From an uncultured Gemmatimonadaceae bacterium (lineage in GTDB: Bacteria; Gemmatimonadota; Gemmatimonadetes; Gemmatimonadales; Gemmatimonadaceae), in NCBI GenBank assembly GCA_963829055.1, contig CAWHHI010000012.1:352001-416000 (forward strand): DNA of 64,000 nucleotides, read 5' to 3'. Shown here piece after piece: positions 21,046 to 30,568 of the stretch. Both the position numbers and the translations under genes were made by a program. The notes below the pieces were generated by a model. The model saw only the letters and a program-made list of their open reading frames with translations. It had not been told where the DNA came from and made no database searches. Position 1 is the first letter of the stretch. The number at the start of each line of letters is the position of its first letter.

Positions 21046-22161
21046 CTAAAGATGACTCGCGTTCTTGTAGAACGGAGTCTTCGCGACCTCCGCTTTGACG
21101 AGCTTGCCGCGAATGTCGATGCCGATTTCACTGCCGGGCTTCGCATGCGCAGTCGGCACGTAACAGGTGCCGATCGGGACGTTGAGCGACGGACTCAACG
21201 TGCCGCTGCAGACGACGCCACTAGGCTCACCGTTGACCAGGACGGGGTAGCCATGGCGAGGGAACGCCCGCTCCGACGTCGTGAATCCCACGAGCTTGCG
21301 CGGAATTCCCTGCTCTTTCTGCCTGACGAGTGCGTCGCGGCCAACGAAGTCCCCCTTCGGCAGCTTCACGATCCACCCGAGATTCGCTTCGAGCGGCGTC
21401 ACGGTGTCGTCGATATCGTTGCCGTAGAGCGCCATGCCCATCTCGAGTCGCAGCGAGTCACGGCAGCCGAGCCCCGCGGGTGTGACCTCGCCGCCGGCGG
21501 TGAGCGCATTCCAGATGTGCGCGGCGCGCGTGTTGTCGAAGTACAGCTCGAAGCCGTCCTCGCCGGTGTAGCCCGTTCGCGAGACGATGATGTCCGGTAT
21601 TCCTGCGACGGTGCCGACAGCGAAGTGATAGTACTTGATCGTCGAGAGGTCGACGTTCGTCAACGGTTGGAGAATCCGCGCCGCCTGTGGGCCCTGCAGC
21701 GCGAGCAGCGCGATCTCCTCGCTCACATCCTCGATGCGCGCCTCGAACCGATCGAGGTGCTGACTGATATGTGCGAGGTCCTTCACGACGTTCGACGCGT
21801 TCACCACCATCATGAGGTGATCGTCGAAGCGATACACCAGACAGTCGTCCTCGAACGTGCCGCGCTCGTTCAGGATCGACGAATAGTGCGCCTGCCCGAT
21901 GGCAAGGCCGGCGACATCATTCGTCGTGACGTGCGAGACGAACTTGATCGCGTCGGCACCACGAATGATGAATTCACCCATGTGACTGACGTCGAACAAC
22001 CCGGCACGGTCCCTCACCGCCTTGTGTTCCGTGGTGATGCCGCTGGGGTACTGAACCGGCATCTCGTAGCCGGCAAACGGCACCATCTTGGCGCCGAGGC
22101 CGACGTGGATATCGTGGAGGGGCGTACGCTTGAGCGCCGCGCCGCTGTCGGTGGTGGTCAT
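21046..22161 (-). CDS. gcvT: Glycine cleavage system aminomethyltransferase T
   Basis: GAKMVPFAGYEMPVQY, FDVSHMGE, SRTGYTGEDGFE, GLGCRDSLRLE. Confidence 0.97.
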   Translation of the reverse strand: MTTTDSGAALKRTPLHDIHVGLGAKMVPFAGYEMPVQYPSGITTEHKAVRDRAGLFDVSHMGEFIIRGADAIKFVSHVTTNDVAGLAIGQAHYSSILNERGTFEDDCLVYRFDDHLMMVVNASNVVKDLAHISQHLDRFEARIEDVSEEIALLALQGPQAARILQPLTNVDLSTIKYYHFAVGTVAGIPDIIVSRTGYTGEDGFELYFDNTRAAHIWNALTAGGEVTPAGLGCRDSLRLEMGMALYGNDIDDTVTPLEANLGWIVKLPKGDFVGRDALVRQKEQGIPRKLVGFTTSERAFPRHGYPVLVNGEPSGVVCSGTLSPSLNVPIGTCYVPTAHAKPGSEIGIDIRGKLVKAEVAKTPFYKNASHL

Positions 22162-22206
22162 GATCGTGATGCTCCTGCAGGTACGCGAAGTACGGAGGTC
22201 GACAAC

Positions 22207-23094
22207 ATGGAAGGCAGGAATATGCCGGACTGGCAGCCGACGGCGAAAGGCCGCATCGCGTTTGTGACGCCGCTCGTGTGGCTACTCATGCTGGCAGTCA
22301 GTTCCTCGATATGCAGCGCGCAGTTCGGCGTGCTCGGCGGCAAGACCGCCGGCGCCCAGGTGCTCGTGATCGGAAGTTACCACATGAGCAACCCCGGTCT
22401 CGACGCGGTGAACATCACCGCCGACGACGTACTCGCCCCGAAGCGACAGCGCGAGATCGAGCAGCTCGCGGATCGCATCGCCGCGTTTCGCCCGACGAAG
22501 GTCGCGCTCGAGATCCCGTACGGGCGAGACTCGACGTCCAACATGCTGTACCGACGCTACGTCCAGGGGACGTACGCGCTCGATCACACGGAGATGCAGC
22601 AACTCGGATTTCGCATCGCGAAGGCAGCAGGCTTGCCGCGCATCTACGGCGTCGACTACAACCTCGACGTGAACGTCGCCAGCGTCATGGTGTGGGCGCT
22701 CACGCACGGCCAGGCGGACCTGCCCGCGGCGGTGCAGTCGTTGAGCACGCGACTGCTTGCCGAGGTGGACAGCATGATGAAGCACGCGACCGTGGGTGAG
22801 ATCGTGGCGACGCTCAACTCACCGCGTGCCGACTCCGCGCACGCGATCTACCTCGCCGCCTTACGAGTCGGAGCGGACACGGCCTACGTCGGGGCGAACA
22901 TGACGGCGCGATGGTACGAGCGGAATTTCAGGATCGCGTCGAACGTACTGCGTCTCATCGACGCGCCGACTGATCGGGTGCTGGTGCTCATCGGCGCGGC
23001 ACACGGGCCGATCCTGCGCGAGATTCTGTCGGGCGTACCGGGCGTGCGGATGCTTCCACCGGGCGACGCGCTGCGGGGCGCTCCTGGTCGTTAG
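22207..23094 (+). CDS. Exported DUF5694-like protein
   Basis: GSYHMSNPG, FRPTKVALE, QLGFRIAK, WYERNFRI, LIGAAH; start uncertain. Confidence 0.7.
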   Translation: MEGRNMPDWQPTAKGRIAFVTPLVWLLMLAVSSSICSAQFGVLGGKTAGAQVLVIGSYHMSNPGLDAVNITADDVLAPKRQREIEQLADRIAAFRPTKVALEIPYGRDSTSNMLYRRYVQGTYALDHTEMQQLGFRIAKAAGLPRIYGVDYNLDVNVASVMVWALTHGQADLPAAVQSLSTRLLAEVDSMMKHATVGEIVATLNSPRADSAHAIYLAALRVGADTAYVGANMTARWYERNFRIASNVLRLIDAPTDRVLVLIGAAHGPILREILSGVPGVRMLPPGDALRGAPGR

Positions 23095-23125
23095 GCGCCC
23101 CGCGGCGTGAACGCGCGGATCGTGG

Positions 23126-23710
23126 TCAGCGCGCCTCGCTATCGACTCCGCGCTGGATCTCGCGCTCGTTCACCGTGCGAATGCTGCCGACGTTCGGCGG
23201 CGACCCGGTGACAATGGCTTTCGCGACTTCGAACAGCACGATGGGTCTGGGCTTGGTCACCTTCATGTAGACCACCGACTCGGCTTCCACGAGGATGAGT
23301 GCGATACGCGGGTCGCGCGGGGAACCGTCGCGGTCGCCACCCTCGTCGCCGAGCCACGCCTTCCAGTCGGGCTTGTACAGCTCGCGTACGAGCTCCGGAT
23401 CGCTAGAGACCGTCGCGAGTCCGGACACGGACACCCACTCGCGTGACCGGTCCTTGTAGTAGGCGAGGTTCACGTGGGGATCGTTCATGAGATCATCGAG
23501 CTTGTGCGCCTCGACATTCGTCATGAACCAGAGGTCGACGCCGCTCGTGCGCTCCTGGGTCTGCATCGGCCGCGATACGAGATGCCCATCGGCACGCCTG
23601 GTGGTGAACATGGCGATCTCGATGCCGTCGATCAGCTCGTACAGATCGTCGAGCTTCTTCTCGGTCGACACTGCGTCATCTCGATTTCTGTCCGTCGCCT
23701 TGTCCGCCAT
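23126..23710 (-). CDS. Pyridoxamine 5'-phosphate oxidase-like general stress protein
   Basis: IAMFTT..LVSRPM..LWF..VNLAY..WVSVSG. Confidence 0.85.
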   Translation of the reverse strand: MADKATDRNRDDAVSTEKKLDDLYELIDGIEIAMFTTRRADGHLVSRPMQTQERTSGVDLWFMTNVEAHKLDDLMNDPHVNLAYYKDRSREWVSVSGLATVSSDPELVRELYKPDWKAWLGDEGGDRDGSPRDPRIALILVEAESVVYMKVTKPRPIVLFEVAKAIVTGSPPNVGSIRTVNEREIQRGVDSEAR

Positions 23711-23928
23711 CGTCAGTCACCTCATTCGTTGTATCGGTGTTAAAGCGTAGGCCGAGGCCAAGGGCAGAAGACGTGCCGCAGCAAGGTCGACATGTCGGGA
23801 GATCTTCGGCTTCGGGCTCTTGACCTCGAGGCCCGGGCGGCGGAACGTATCGACGCTGTCGCCGTGCCGTCTCGCATTGCGTCGTGCCTGCGCCCACGCG
23901 TCGCCAATCGCCTACAGAGGACGAGACA

Positions 23929-25239
23929 ATGACCGTGCTGTTCGTGGGAATGAGTCACGCAACGGCACCTCTCGCCATCATCGAACGCATCGGCTTCACC
24001 GCCGACGACGCGGTTGCGACGCTCGCGCGCATAACGCTTGACGACGTCCAGCCCACACTGCCGTTTCGCGAGCTCGTGGTGCTGTCCACGTGTCATCGCG
24101 TCGAGCTCTATGCCGTGCCCACCGACCATGCCACGCGACAGAGCGCCGCGCTCGACGCACTCGCTCGCGTTCTCACGGAGCGCGCGAGCGCGGGCGACGT
24201 GTCGGATTCGCACCTCCGCCGCCTCGTCGGGCCCGACGCGACGCGCCATCTCTTTCGCGTCGCCGCGGGCCTCGAGTCGATGGTCCTCGGTGAGGCAGAA
24301 GTGCTCGGGCAAGTGTCCGGAGCACTCGCACTCGGCTTGCGGGTCGGCGCGGTCGGCCCGGTGCTGACGCCAGTGTTCGAGGCAGCCGTTCGCACGGGGC
24401 GTCGCGCGCGCGCCGAAACCGCGATCGCGACGGCACCGGCCACCGTCAGCTCCATCGCCGCCGAGTTGGCGGAGGAGCTCGCGGACGAGCTGCGAGGACG
24501 ACGCGCGCTCTTTCTCGGCGCGGGGAAAATCGCCGTGCACACGGCGAAAGCGCTGCGGACACGCGGCTTCTGGGATATGACGATCGCCGCGTCAGCACCG
24601 GCCGACGCTCCCGGACTCGCCGAGCTGGGCGCAACCGTGGTGGCGCCTGACGCGGTAGCGCGCGCAATCGCCGAGAGTGATCTGGTGTTCACGTGTGCGT
24701 CGTCGCCGCCACTCCTGGTGGACGCGGCGATGGTCCGTCGGGCCATGCGTGGTCGGAAGGCGCGTCCGCTCGCGTTCATCGACCTCGCCGCGGGTGACGC
24801 GTTGGATCCTGCGGTGGCCGAGCTCGCGGGCGTACGCGTGGTCGGTCCCGCGGAGCTGCGCGAGCGTATCGACGTGGCCATCGCCGGGCGTCGTCGTGAA
24901 GCGCCGCTTGTCGAGACCGTAGTCGAAGAAGAGCTTCGAGCCCTCCAGGCGCGCACCGAGGGCAGCTCGCTGAGCGGCGTCGTTGCCGCGTTGCGCGCTC
25001 GAGCGGAAGAGATCCGCCAACGAGAACTGGCACGCGCGCTGGCCGCGGTGCCTAACGCCGACCCCGTGGTCCGCACGCAGCTCGAGTGGCTGTCCGTGTC
25101 GCTCGTGAACAAGCTACTGGACGAGCCGACGCGCCGGCTACGCGCTGAAGCCACGCACGGGCACGTGAACCCGTACGCGGACGTCACGCGCGAGCTGTTC
25201 GGGCTCTCGGGCGAGCGCGCCGACCTTCCGCCTGCCTAA
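23929..25239 (+). CDS. hemA: Glutamyl-tRNA reductase (divergent)
   Basis: GMSHATAP, LSTCHRVELY, HLFRVAAGLESMVLGE, GAGKI, LVNKLL. Confidence 0.85.
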   Translation: MTVLFVGMSHATAPLAIIERIGFTADDAVATLARITLDDVQPTLPFRELVVLSTCHRVELYAVPTDHATRQSAALDALARVLTERASAGDVSDSHLRRLVGPDATRHLFRVAAGLESMVLGEAEVLGQVSGALALGLRVGAVGPVLTPVFEAAVRTGRRARAETAIATAPATVSSIAAELAEELADELRGRRALFLGAGKIAVHTAKALRTRGFWDMTIAASAPADAPGLAELGATVVAPDAVARAIAESDLVFTCASSPPLLVDAAMVRRAMRGRKARPLAFIDLAAGDALDPAVAELAGVRVVGPAELRERIDVAIAGRRREAPLVETVVEEELRALQARTEGSSLSGVVAALRARAEEIRQRELARALAAVPNADPVVRTQLEWLSVSLVNKLLDEPTRRLRAEATHGHVNPYADVTRELFGLSGERADLPPA

Positions 25240-25251
25240 CGCTCATATCCG

Positions 25252-25288
25252 AAAAAACCGCCCCGTTCTCGCGTAGAACGGGGCGGTT
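25252..25288. terminator. Intrinsic terminator between convergent hemA and bcp
   Basis: aaccgccccgttct/agaacggggcggtt stem with an adjacent A-run (U-tract for the minus strand). Confidence 0.85.
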
Positions 25289-25290
25289 CG

Positions 25291-25752
25291 TCAGCTTGCT
25301 TCCAGCGCCTCGGCGACCTGCGCCGCATGGCCCGTGGCGTTGACCTTCTCGAAGACGTGCGTGACACGACCGTCGCGACCGATGAGAAAGGTGGTCCGCT
25401 CGACGCCCATGTACGTCTTGCCGTAATTCTTCTTCTCCTTCCAGACGCCGTACTGCTCGGCCACCGCATGCTCCGAGTCCGCGAGCAACGTGAACGGCAG
25501 CGAGAACTTCTTCTTGAACTTGGCCTGCGCGAGCACCGTGTCGGGGCTCACGCCAAGGATCACCGCATCCAGTCCCTCGAACCGAGGGAACGCGTCACGA
25601 AACTCGGACGCCTCGGTGGTTCACCCAGGGGTATCGGCCTTGGGATAGAAGTAGAGCACGATGCGCTTGCCCACCTGATCGGAGAGCGTCAGTGGCTCTC
25701 CCTCGTCCGTGAGCAAGGTGAAATCGGGTGGAATCGAGCCGGAAGAAATCAT
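25291..25752 (-). CDS. bcp: BCP/PrxQ peroxiredoxin, probable selenoprotein (in-frame TGA at codon 44)
   Basis: VLYFYPKADTPG[TGA]TTEASEFRD..ILGVSPD..GVERTTFLI, all in one frame, 153 aa. Confidence 0.88.
25580..25620 (-). promoter_or_regulatory. SECIS-like hairpin
   Basis: Immediately 3' of the UGA: ACCGAGG/CCUCGGU and GCGUC/GACGC stems with apical CGAGUUUCG. Confidence 0.65.
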
Positions 25753-25804
25753 TACGTGCGGCTGGGTGCTGGGTGGTCGTGCTGGGTGGACTGCTGCGTG
25801 CTCG

Positions 25805-26716
25805 CTAGCTCAGGGCCTCGCCGCCGATCAACGCGGCCATGATCGCCTTCTGAATGTGGAGTCGATTCTCGGCCTCGTCCCACACGTAGCTCTGTGGTCC
25901 ATCGATCACGTCGGCAGTGACCTCTTCTCCGCGGTGCGCGGGAAGACAGTGCAGGAAGATCGCGTCGTTTGCCGCGCGCTTCATGAGACGCGCATCGACC
26001 GTGTATCCGGCGAACGCTTTCTCCCGTTCCTTCTGCTCCTCTTCCTGGCCCATTGATGCCCACACGTCGGTGTTGACGACGTGCGCGCCCGCGGCGGCCT
26101 CGTTAGGGTCTCGCACGAGCGTGACGTTCCCCTCGCGTCGCCCGCGCTCGAGAATCTCCGGATTCGGATCGTAGCCTTCCGGGCACGCCAGCGACAGCTC
26201 GAAGCCGAGCCGGTATGCGGCATTGATCCAGGAGTTGGCCATGTTGTTGCCGTCGCCGATCCACGCGACCTTCTTCCCTTCGTAGGAGCCGAGGCGCTGG
26301 CGAATCGTGAGCACGTCGGCGAGCACCTGGCAGGGATGGAGCAAATCGGTGAGGCCATTGATCACCGGCACGCGCGAGTACTGCGCGAGCTGCTCGACGT
26401 CGCTGTGCGCGAACGTGCGGATCATGATCCCGTCCACATAACGCGAGAGCACGCGCGCGGTATCGGGCACCGGTTCTCCGCGGCCAATCTGCACGTCGCG
26501 CGACGACAGGAAGAGCGCGTGCCCACCGAGTTGAAACGTCCCCGCCTCGAACGACACGCGAGTTCGCGTCGACGACTTGAGGAAGATCATGGCCAGCGAT
26601 TTCCCGGCGAGCGGCTTCTTCGTGTACGCGCCGGTGCGCATCGACTCGGCGAGCTCGAACAGCTGGTCGAGCTCGGCGCGCGTGAAATCCGGGATCGCCA
26701 GAAAATGACGAGGCAT
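25805..26716 (-). CDS. argF: Ornithine carbamoyltransferase
   Basis: SSTRTRVSF, HPCQ, TDVWASMGQE, FLHCLPAHRG, EAENRLH. Confidence 0.97.
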   Translation of the reverse strand: MPRHFLAIPDFTRAELDQLFELAESMRTGAYTKKPLAGKSLAMIFLKSSTRTRVSFEAGTFQLGGHALFLSSRDVQIGRGEPVPDTARVLSRYVDGIMIRTFAHSDVEQLAQYSRVPVINGLTDLLHPCQVLADVLTIRQRLGSYEGKKVAWIGDGNNMANSWINAAYRLGFELSLACPEGYDPNPEILERGRREGNVTLVRDPNEAAAGAHVVNTDVWASMGQEEEQKEREKAFAGYTVDARLMKRAANDAIFLHCLPAHRGEEVTADVIDGPQSYVWDEAENRLHIQKAIMAALIGGEALS

Positions 26717-26718
26717 TC

Positions 26719-26827
26719 TCGGGAATAGGGAATTGGGAATCGGGAATCGAAACTACGGGATACGGAGCACTCGCGGTGCGCGAAGCGCGCACCGTCGATT
26801 CCCCATTCCCGATTCCCGATTCCCCGA
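26719..26827. repeat. Inverted array of GGGAATN heptamers (REP-like hairpin)
   Basis: gggaatagggaattgggaatcgggaatcga ... tcgattccccattcccgattcccgattcccc. Confidence 0.8.
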
Positions 26828-26828
26828 G

Positions 26829-28322
26829 CTACAGAATATACCTGCGAAGATCCTCGTCTTCCATCACCGGCCGCAACCGATCGTTCACGACCGTCCGATC
26901 CACGTTGATCGGCGCCGTGCCGCGATCGGGAAGCTCGTACATCACGTCCTCGAGCAGCGTCGTCATGACGGTGTGCAGCCGCCGCGCCCCAATGTTCTCC
27001 ATGCGGCCATTCACCACCGTGGCGATGCGCGCGATCTCGGCGACGCCATCGGGCGTGAACGTCAGCTTCGCCCCCTCCGCCTCGACGAGCGCGGCGTACT
27101 GCTTCGTCAGCGCGTTCTCCGGCTCGGTCATGATGCGAACGAAGTCCTCTTCCGTCAGCGGCTTGAGCTCGACGCGAATCGGGAAGCGACCCTGCAACTC
27201 GGGAATGAGATCGCTCGGCTTCGATACGTGGAACGCGCCAGCGGCGATGAAGAGCACGTGATCCGTCTTCACCATGCCGTACTTGGTCTGCACGTTCGAG
27301 CCTTCGACGATCGGCAGCAGATCGCGCTGCACGCCTTCGCGCGACACGTCCGGGCCCGCGCCGCCTTCACCACGCGCGCCGGCGATCTTGTCGATCTCGT
27401 CGAGGAAGATGATGCCTAACTTCTCCACGCGCTCCAGCGCATCGGCGTTGACGTCCTCGAGATCGATGAGCTTGTCGAACTCCTGCTCGAGCAGAATGCG
27501 GCGGGCTTCGGCCACCTTCACCGTACGCTTCTTCTTCCGCTTGGGAAGCATGTCCTGAAGCATCTCGGTGAAGTTCTCCATCCCCTCGGGCGCGCCCTGC
27601 GGGACCATCATGTCGAACATCGGCCCCTGCTGCGTCACCTCGACCTCGACCTCGCGCGTCTCGAGCTGTCCGTCGATGAGCAGCTGCTTGAGCTTTTCAC
27701 GGGTGCGCTTGTAGCGATCCATCACCGCATCACGATCGGTCTCGTGCTGTACGGAGCCGTCCGCGCCGACGACGAACACGCCCGGAACCGACGAGGACGA
27801 CGCGTTCGACGTTGCAGCCGCGCTCGCCCCGACCGGCGACGGCGTCGCCGATGACGCTTTCGCCTCGGAAGGAACGGGCAGCAGCAGGTCGAGCAGTCGC
27901 TCGTCGACCTTCTCGTTCGCGAGATCCTCGACGTCGCCTTCGCGCTCGTTGCGCACCATGTCGATGGCGCTCTCGACGAGATCACGTACCATCGCCTCGA
28001 CGTCGCGGCCGACGTATCCGACCTCGGTGAACTTCGACGCTTCGACCTTCACGAACGGGGCACCGGCGAGCTTGGCGAGACGGCGCGCGATCTCCGTCTT
28101 ACCGACACCCGTGGGGCCGATCAGGATGATGTTGTTAGGCGAGATCTCGTCGCGAATGGCATCGGGCGCGCGCTGTCGGCGCCATCGATTGCGAAGCGCG
28201 ATGGCAACCGCCTTCTTCGCGTCGCCCTGACCGACGATGTATCGATCGAGCTCGGCGACGATCTGACGTGGTGTGAGATCAGCGAGGCGGGCGACCACCT
28301 GCTGCGTGCGAGTGCTGGGCAT
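26829..28322 (-). CDS. hslU: ATP-dependent protease ATPase subunit HslU
   Basis: ALRNRWRR, GPTGVGKTEIARRLA, FTEVGYVGRDV, GVQRDLLP, ENIGARRL. Confidence 0.98.
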   Translation of the reverse strand: MPSTRTQQVVARLADLTPRQIVAELDRYIVGQGDAKKAVAIALRNRWRRQRAPDAIRDEISPNNIILIGPTGVGKTEIARRLAKLAGAPFVKVEASKFTEVGYVGRDVEAMVRDLVESAIDMVRNEREGDVEDLANEKVDERLLDLLLPVPSEAKASSATPSPVGASAAATSNASSSSVPGVFVVGADGSVQHETDRDAVMDRYKRTREKLKQLLIDGQLETREVEVEVTQQGPMFDMMVPQGAPEGMENFTEMLQDMLPKRKKKRTVKVAEARRILLEQEFDKLIDLEDVNADALERVEKLGIIFLDEIDKIAGARGEGGAGPDVSREGVQRDLLPIVEGSNVQTKYGMVKTDHVLFIAAGAFHVSKPSDLIPELQGRFPIRVELKPLTEEDFVRIMTEPENALTKQYAALVEAEGAKLTFTPDGVAEIARIATVVNGRMENIGARRLHTVMTTLLEDVMYELPDRGTAPINVDRTVVNDRLRPVMEDEDLRRYIL

Positions 28323-28367
28323 CGGGAGTGGCGAAATGCGAAAAAGGCGGTCAGTCCCGAGGCGCTG

Positions 28368-28919
28368 CTAACCCTGCGCCTCGAGCACCGTGATGTTGGT
28401 ATTGGTGTACACGCAGATCTCGCCCGCGATCTCCAGACCGCGCCGCACGATCTCGGCTGGCGTCATGGTCGTGGACGAGACGAGGGCGCGCGCCGCGGCG
28501 AGTGCGTACGAGCCGCCGGAGCCGATCGCGAGAATGCCGTCGTCCGGCTCGATGATGTCGCCGGTGCCGGAGATCACGAAGCCGTTATTGCGGTCGACGA
28601 CGATGAGCAACGCTTCGAGCCGACGAAGCACGCGATCGCTGCGCCAGTCCTTCGCGAGCTCGACGGCGGCGCGGGACAGGTTGTTTGGATATCGCTCGAG
28701 CTTCTCCTCGAACTTCTCGAACAGCGTGAACGCGTCGGCCGCGCTACCGGCGAAACCGGCGAGCAGCTGACCATTGCGAAGCGCGCGGACCTTCTGCGCG
28801 TTGGACTTCATGACAGTGTCGCCGACGGTCACCTGGCCGTCGCCGCCTAGCGCGACTTTACCATCGCGGCGGACAGCGAGAATGGTCGTCGCGCGAATAC
28901 GAGGGAGCGTGCTGTGCAT
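28368..28919 (-). CDS. hslV: ATP-dependent protease peptidase subunit HslV
   Basis: [32 protein letters not shown]. Confidence 0.97.
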   Translation of the reverse strand: MHSTLPRIRATTILAVRRDGKVALGGDGQVTVGDTVMKSNAQKVRALRNGQLLAGFAGSAADAFTLFEKFEEKLERYPNNLSRAAVELAKDWRSDRVLRRLEALLIVVDRNNGFVISGTGDIIEPDDGILAIGSGGSYALAAARALVSSTTMTPAEIVRRGLEIAGEICVYTNTNITVLEAQG

Positions 28920-28985
28920 GCTGGAAAACATAGCGGCTGGGCCGACGCAGTGGCCCAGCGCGCGAACGCGTCTCCGCCCCGGCGA

Positions 28986-29544
28986 TCAGCGAATACGCAA
29001 GCGCGGCTGACCTTCGGGCGGCGTGTCGTCGCTGCCGGACTTTCCGGAATTCGCGACGCCCTCAGCCGCCGTCAGAATCGGAGCCTCGCGGTCACCGCGC
29101 AGCGGCGCTCCGCTCTCGCGGCGGCGGGCTGTCGGCGAGTCCCGGGACGACCGTCGGCCGTACAGGGTTTCCGGTATTCACGCCGTTGGTCTGCCCGGTT
29201 CGCGGCTCGGATCGCTTTTCGCCGCGGCGAGCGGCGCCGCGGAAGAGGAACGTCTCACGGAGGTAGCGCCGGTTGAGCCACGCACCAGCGGCGAGCAGTG
29301 CCGCGCCCGCCAACACCGCGACCGTGCCGAATCGCCACTGGTCACGACCAATCAACGCCGCTGCCATCCCCAGAATCCCCAGACCGACAAGGGTTTCGCC
29401 GCCGCGGTGCCGCTCCGTGCGTTCCCGACGCCGACGTTCTCGCGACTGCGCGAGCGCTTCGGGAAGCTGGGCGTCGAGCACCACCCCCAGGCCGAGGATG
29501 GCGACGATGACACCAATGAAGACCGGAATCTGTTCGAACCGCAT
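28986..29544 (-). CDS. Hypothetical membrane protein (possible frameshift near 29100)
   Basis: Three hydrophobic segments; ORF stops at 29092, another frame continues to ..PRLRIR. Confidence 0.65.
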
Positions 29545-29581
29545 GCCACCTAACCTTGCAAAAAGGAGGCGAGCCCGGGAA

Positions 29582-30568
29582 TCACGCGCGAGGATGGGCT
29601 TTTCGGTAGACCTGCTTCAGCCGTTCGACGCTGGTGTGCGTGTATATCTGCGTGGTGGAAATAGAGGCATGGCCGAGCAACTCCTGAACCGCCCGCAGAT
29701 CCGCGCCGGCATCGAGCAGATGCGTGGCGAATGTGTGGCGAAGCGAGTGCGTGCTCAAGCCCGCGCTCTCATCGATCTGCGCGAGGAATTTCGTCACGAT
29801 GAGCTGGATGGCGCGCGTGCTGAGACGCCTGCCGTTGACGCTGAGAAAAAACGCGGCGCGATCGACCTTCGCTCCGAGATTGCTCGCCAGTTCATCGCGC
29901 TTCGCTTCGTAGTTGCGGAGCGCGAGTGACGCGTGATCGCCAACCGGAATGATGCGCTGCTTTCGCCCCTTCCCCGTCACCTTCACCTGCTGCGAGACGA
30001 GATCGAGATCGCCGCGGCTCACACCACGCAATTCGGACAACCGCATTCCGGTCGAGTAGAACAGCTCGAGGATCGCGAGATTGCGGACGTCGTTGAATCG
30101 ACCCTCCCAGGCGCGGACCTCCGCCGTCTGGAAGACGAGATCGATCTGCGCACGATCGAGGTAGCTGGGCAGATAACGGTCGATTTTCGGCGAACCCACG
30201 GCACGCGCGGGATTCGCGTCCACGACCTCGTTGCGGTGGAGAAAGCGGTAAAACCCGCGGACCGCGGACAGCGCACGCGCGGTCGATCGCTTCGACAGAC
30301 CGCGCCGCGTTAGGTGCCCGAGGAAACCCCGGATGGCGAGGCGATCCACGCCCTGCCACGACCACTCGCCATCGCCGTAGTACGTCGACAGAAAAAAGAC
30401 GAGCTCCGACAGATCACGCGTGTAGGCCACGATGGTGTTCGGCGACACATCGCGTTCGTTGCGGAGATGGTCCAGGTATTCAGCGACCTCCGGAGAGGCG
30501 ACAACGGGCGTCGGCGGAGCCTCGACCGCTTCGGTCCTGTGCGACGACGGTTGCCGGCGCGACTTCAA
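29582..30568 (-). CDS. xerC: Tyrosine recombinase XerC
   Basis: TGMRLSEL, GKGRKQR, HSLRHTFATH, LGHASISTTQIY; lies between trmFO and hslV. Confidence 0.93.
   Translation of the reverse strand: MKSRRQPSSHRTEAVEAPPTPVVASPEVAEYLDHLRNERDVSPNTIVAYTRDLSELVFFLSTYYGDGEWSWQGVDRLAIRGFLGHLTRRGLSKRSTARALSAVRGFYRFLHRNEVVDANPARAVGSPKIDRYLPSYLDRAQIDLVFQTAEVRAWEGRFNDVRNLAILELFYSTGMRLSELRGVSRGDLDLVSQQVKVTGKGRKQRIIPVGDHASLALRNYEAKRDELASNLGAKVDRAAFFLSVNGRRLSTRAIQLIVTKFLAQIDESAGLSTHSLRHTFATHLLDAGADLRAVQELLGHASISTTQIYTHTSVERLKQVYRKAHPRA

Noticed and set aside
20974..22206. 5' part of the 706-aa plus-strand ORF, and other long antisense ORFs (e.g. 33539-35266, 35787-37151)
   Set aside because: Shadow frames of real opposite-strand genes in GC-rich DNA.
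29582..30568. Integrase of a mobile element
   Set aside because: Housekeeping trmFO-xerC-hslVU context; no att sites or cargo seen.
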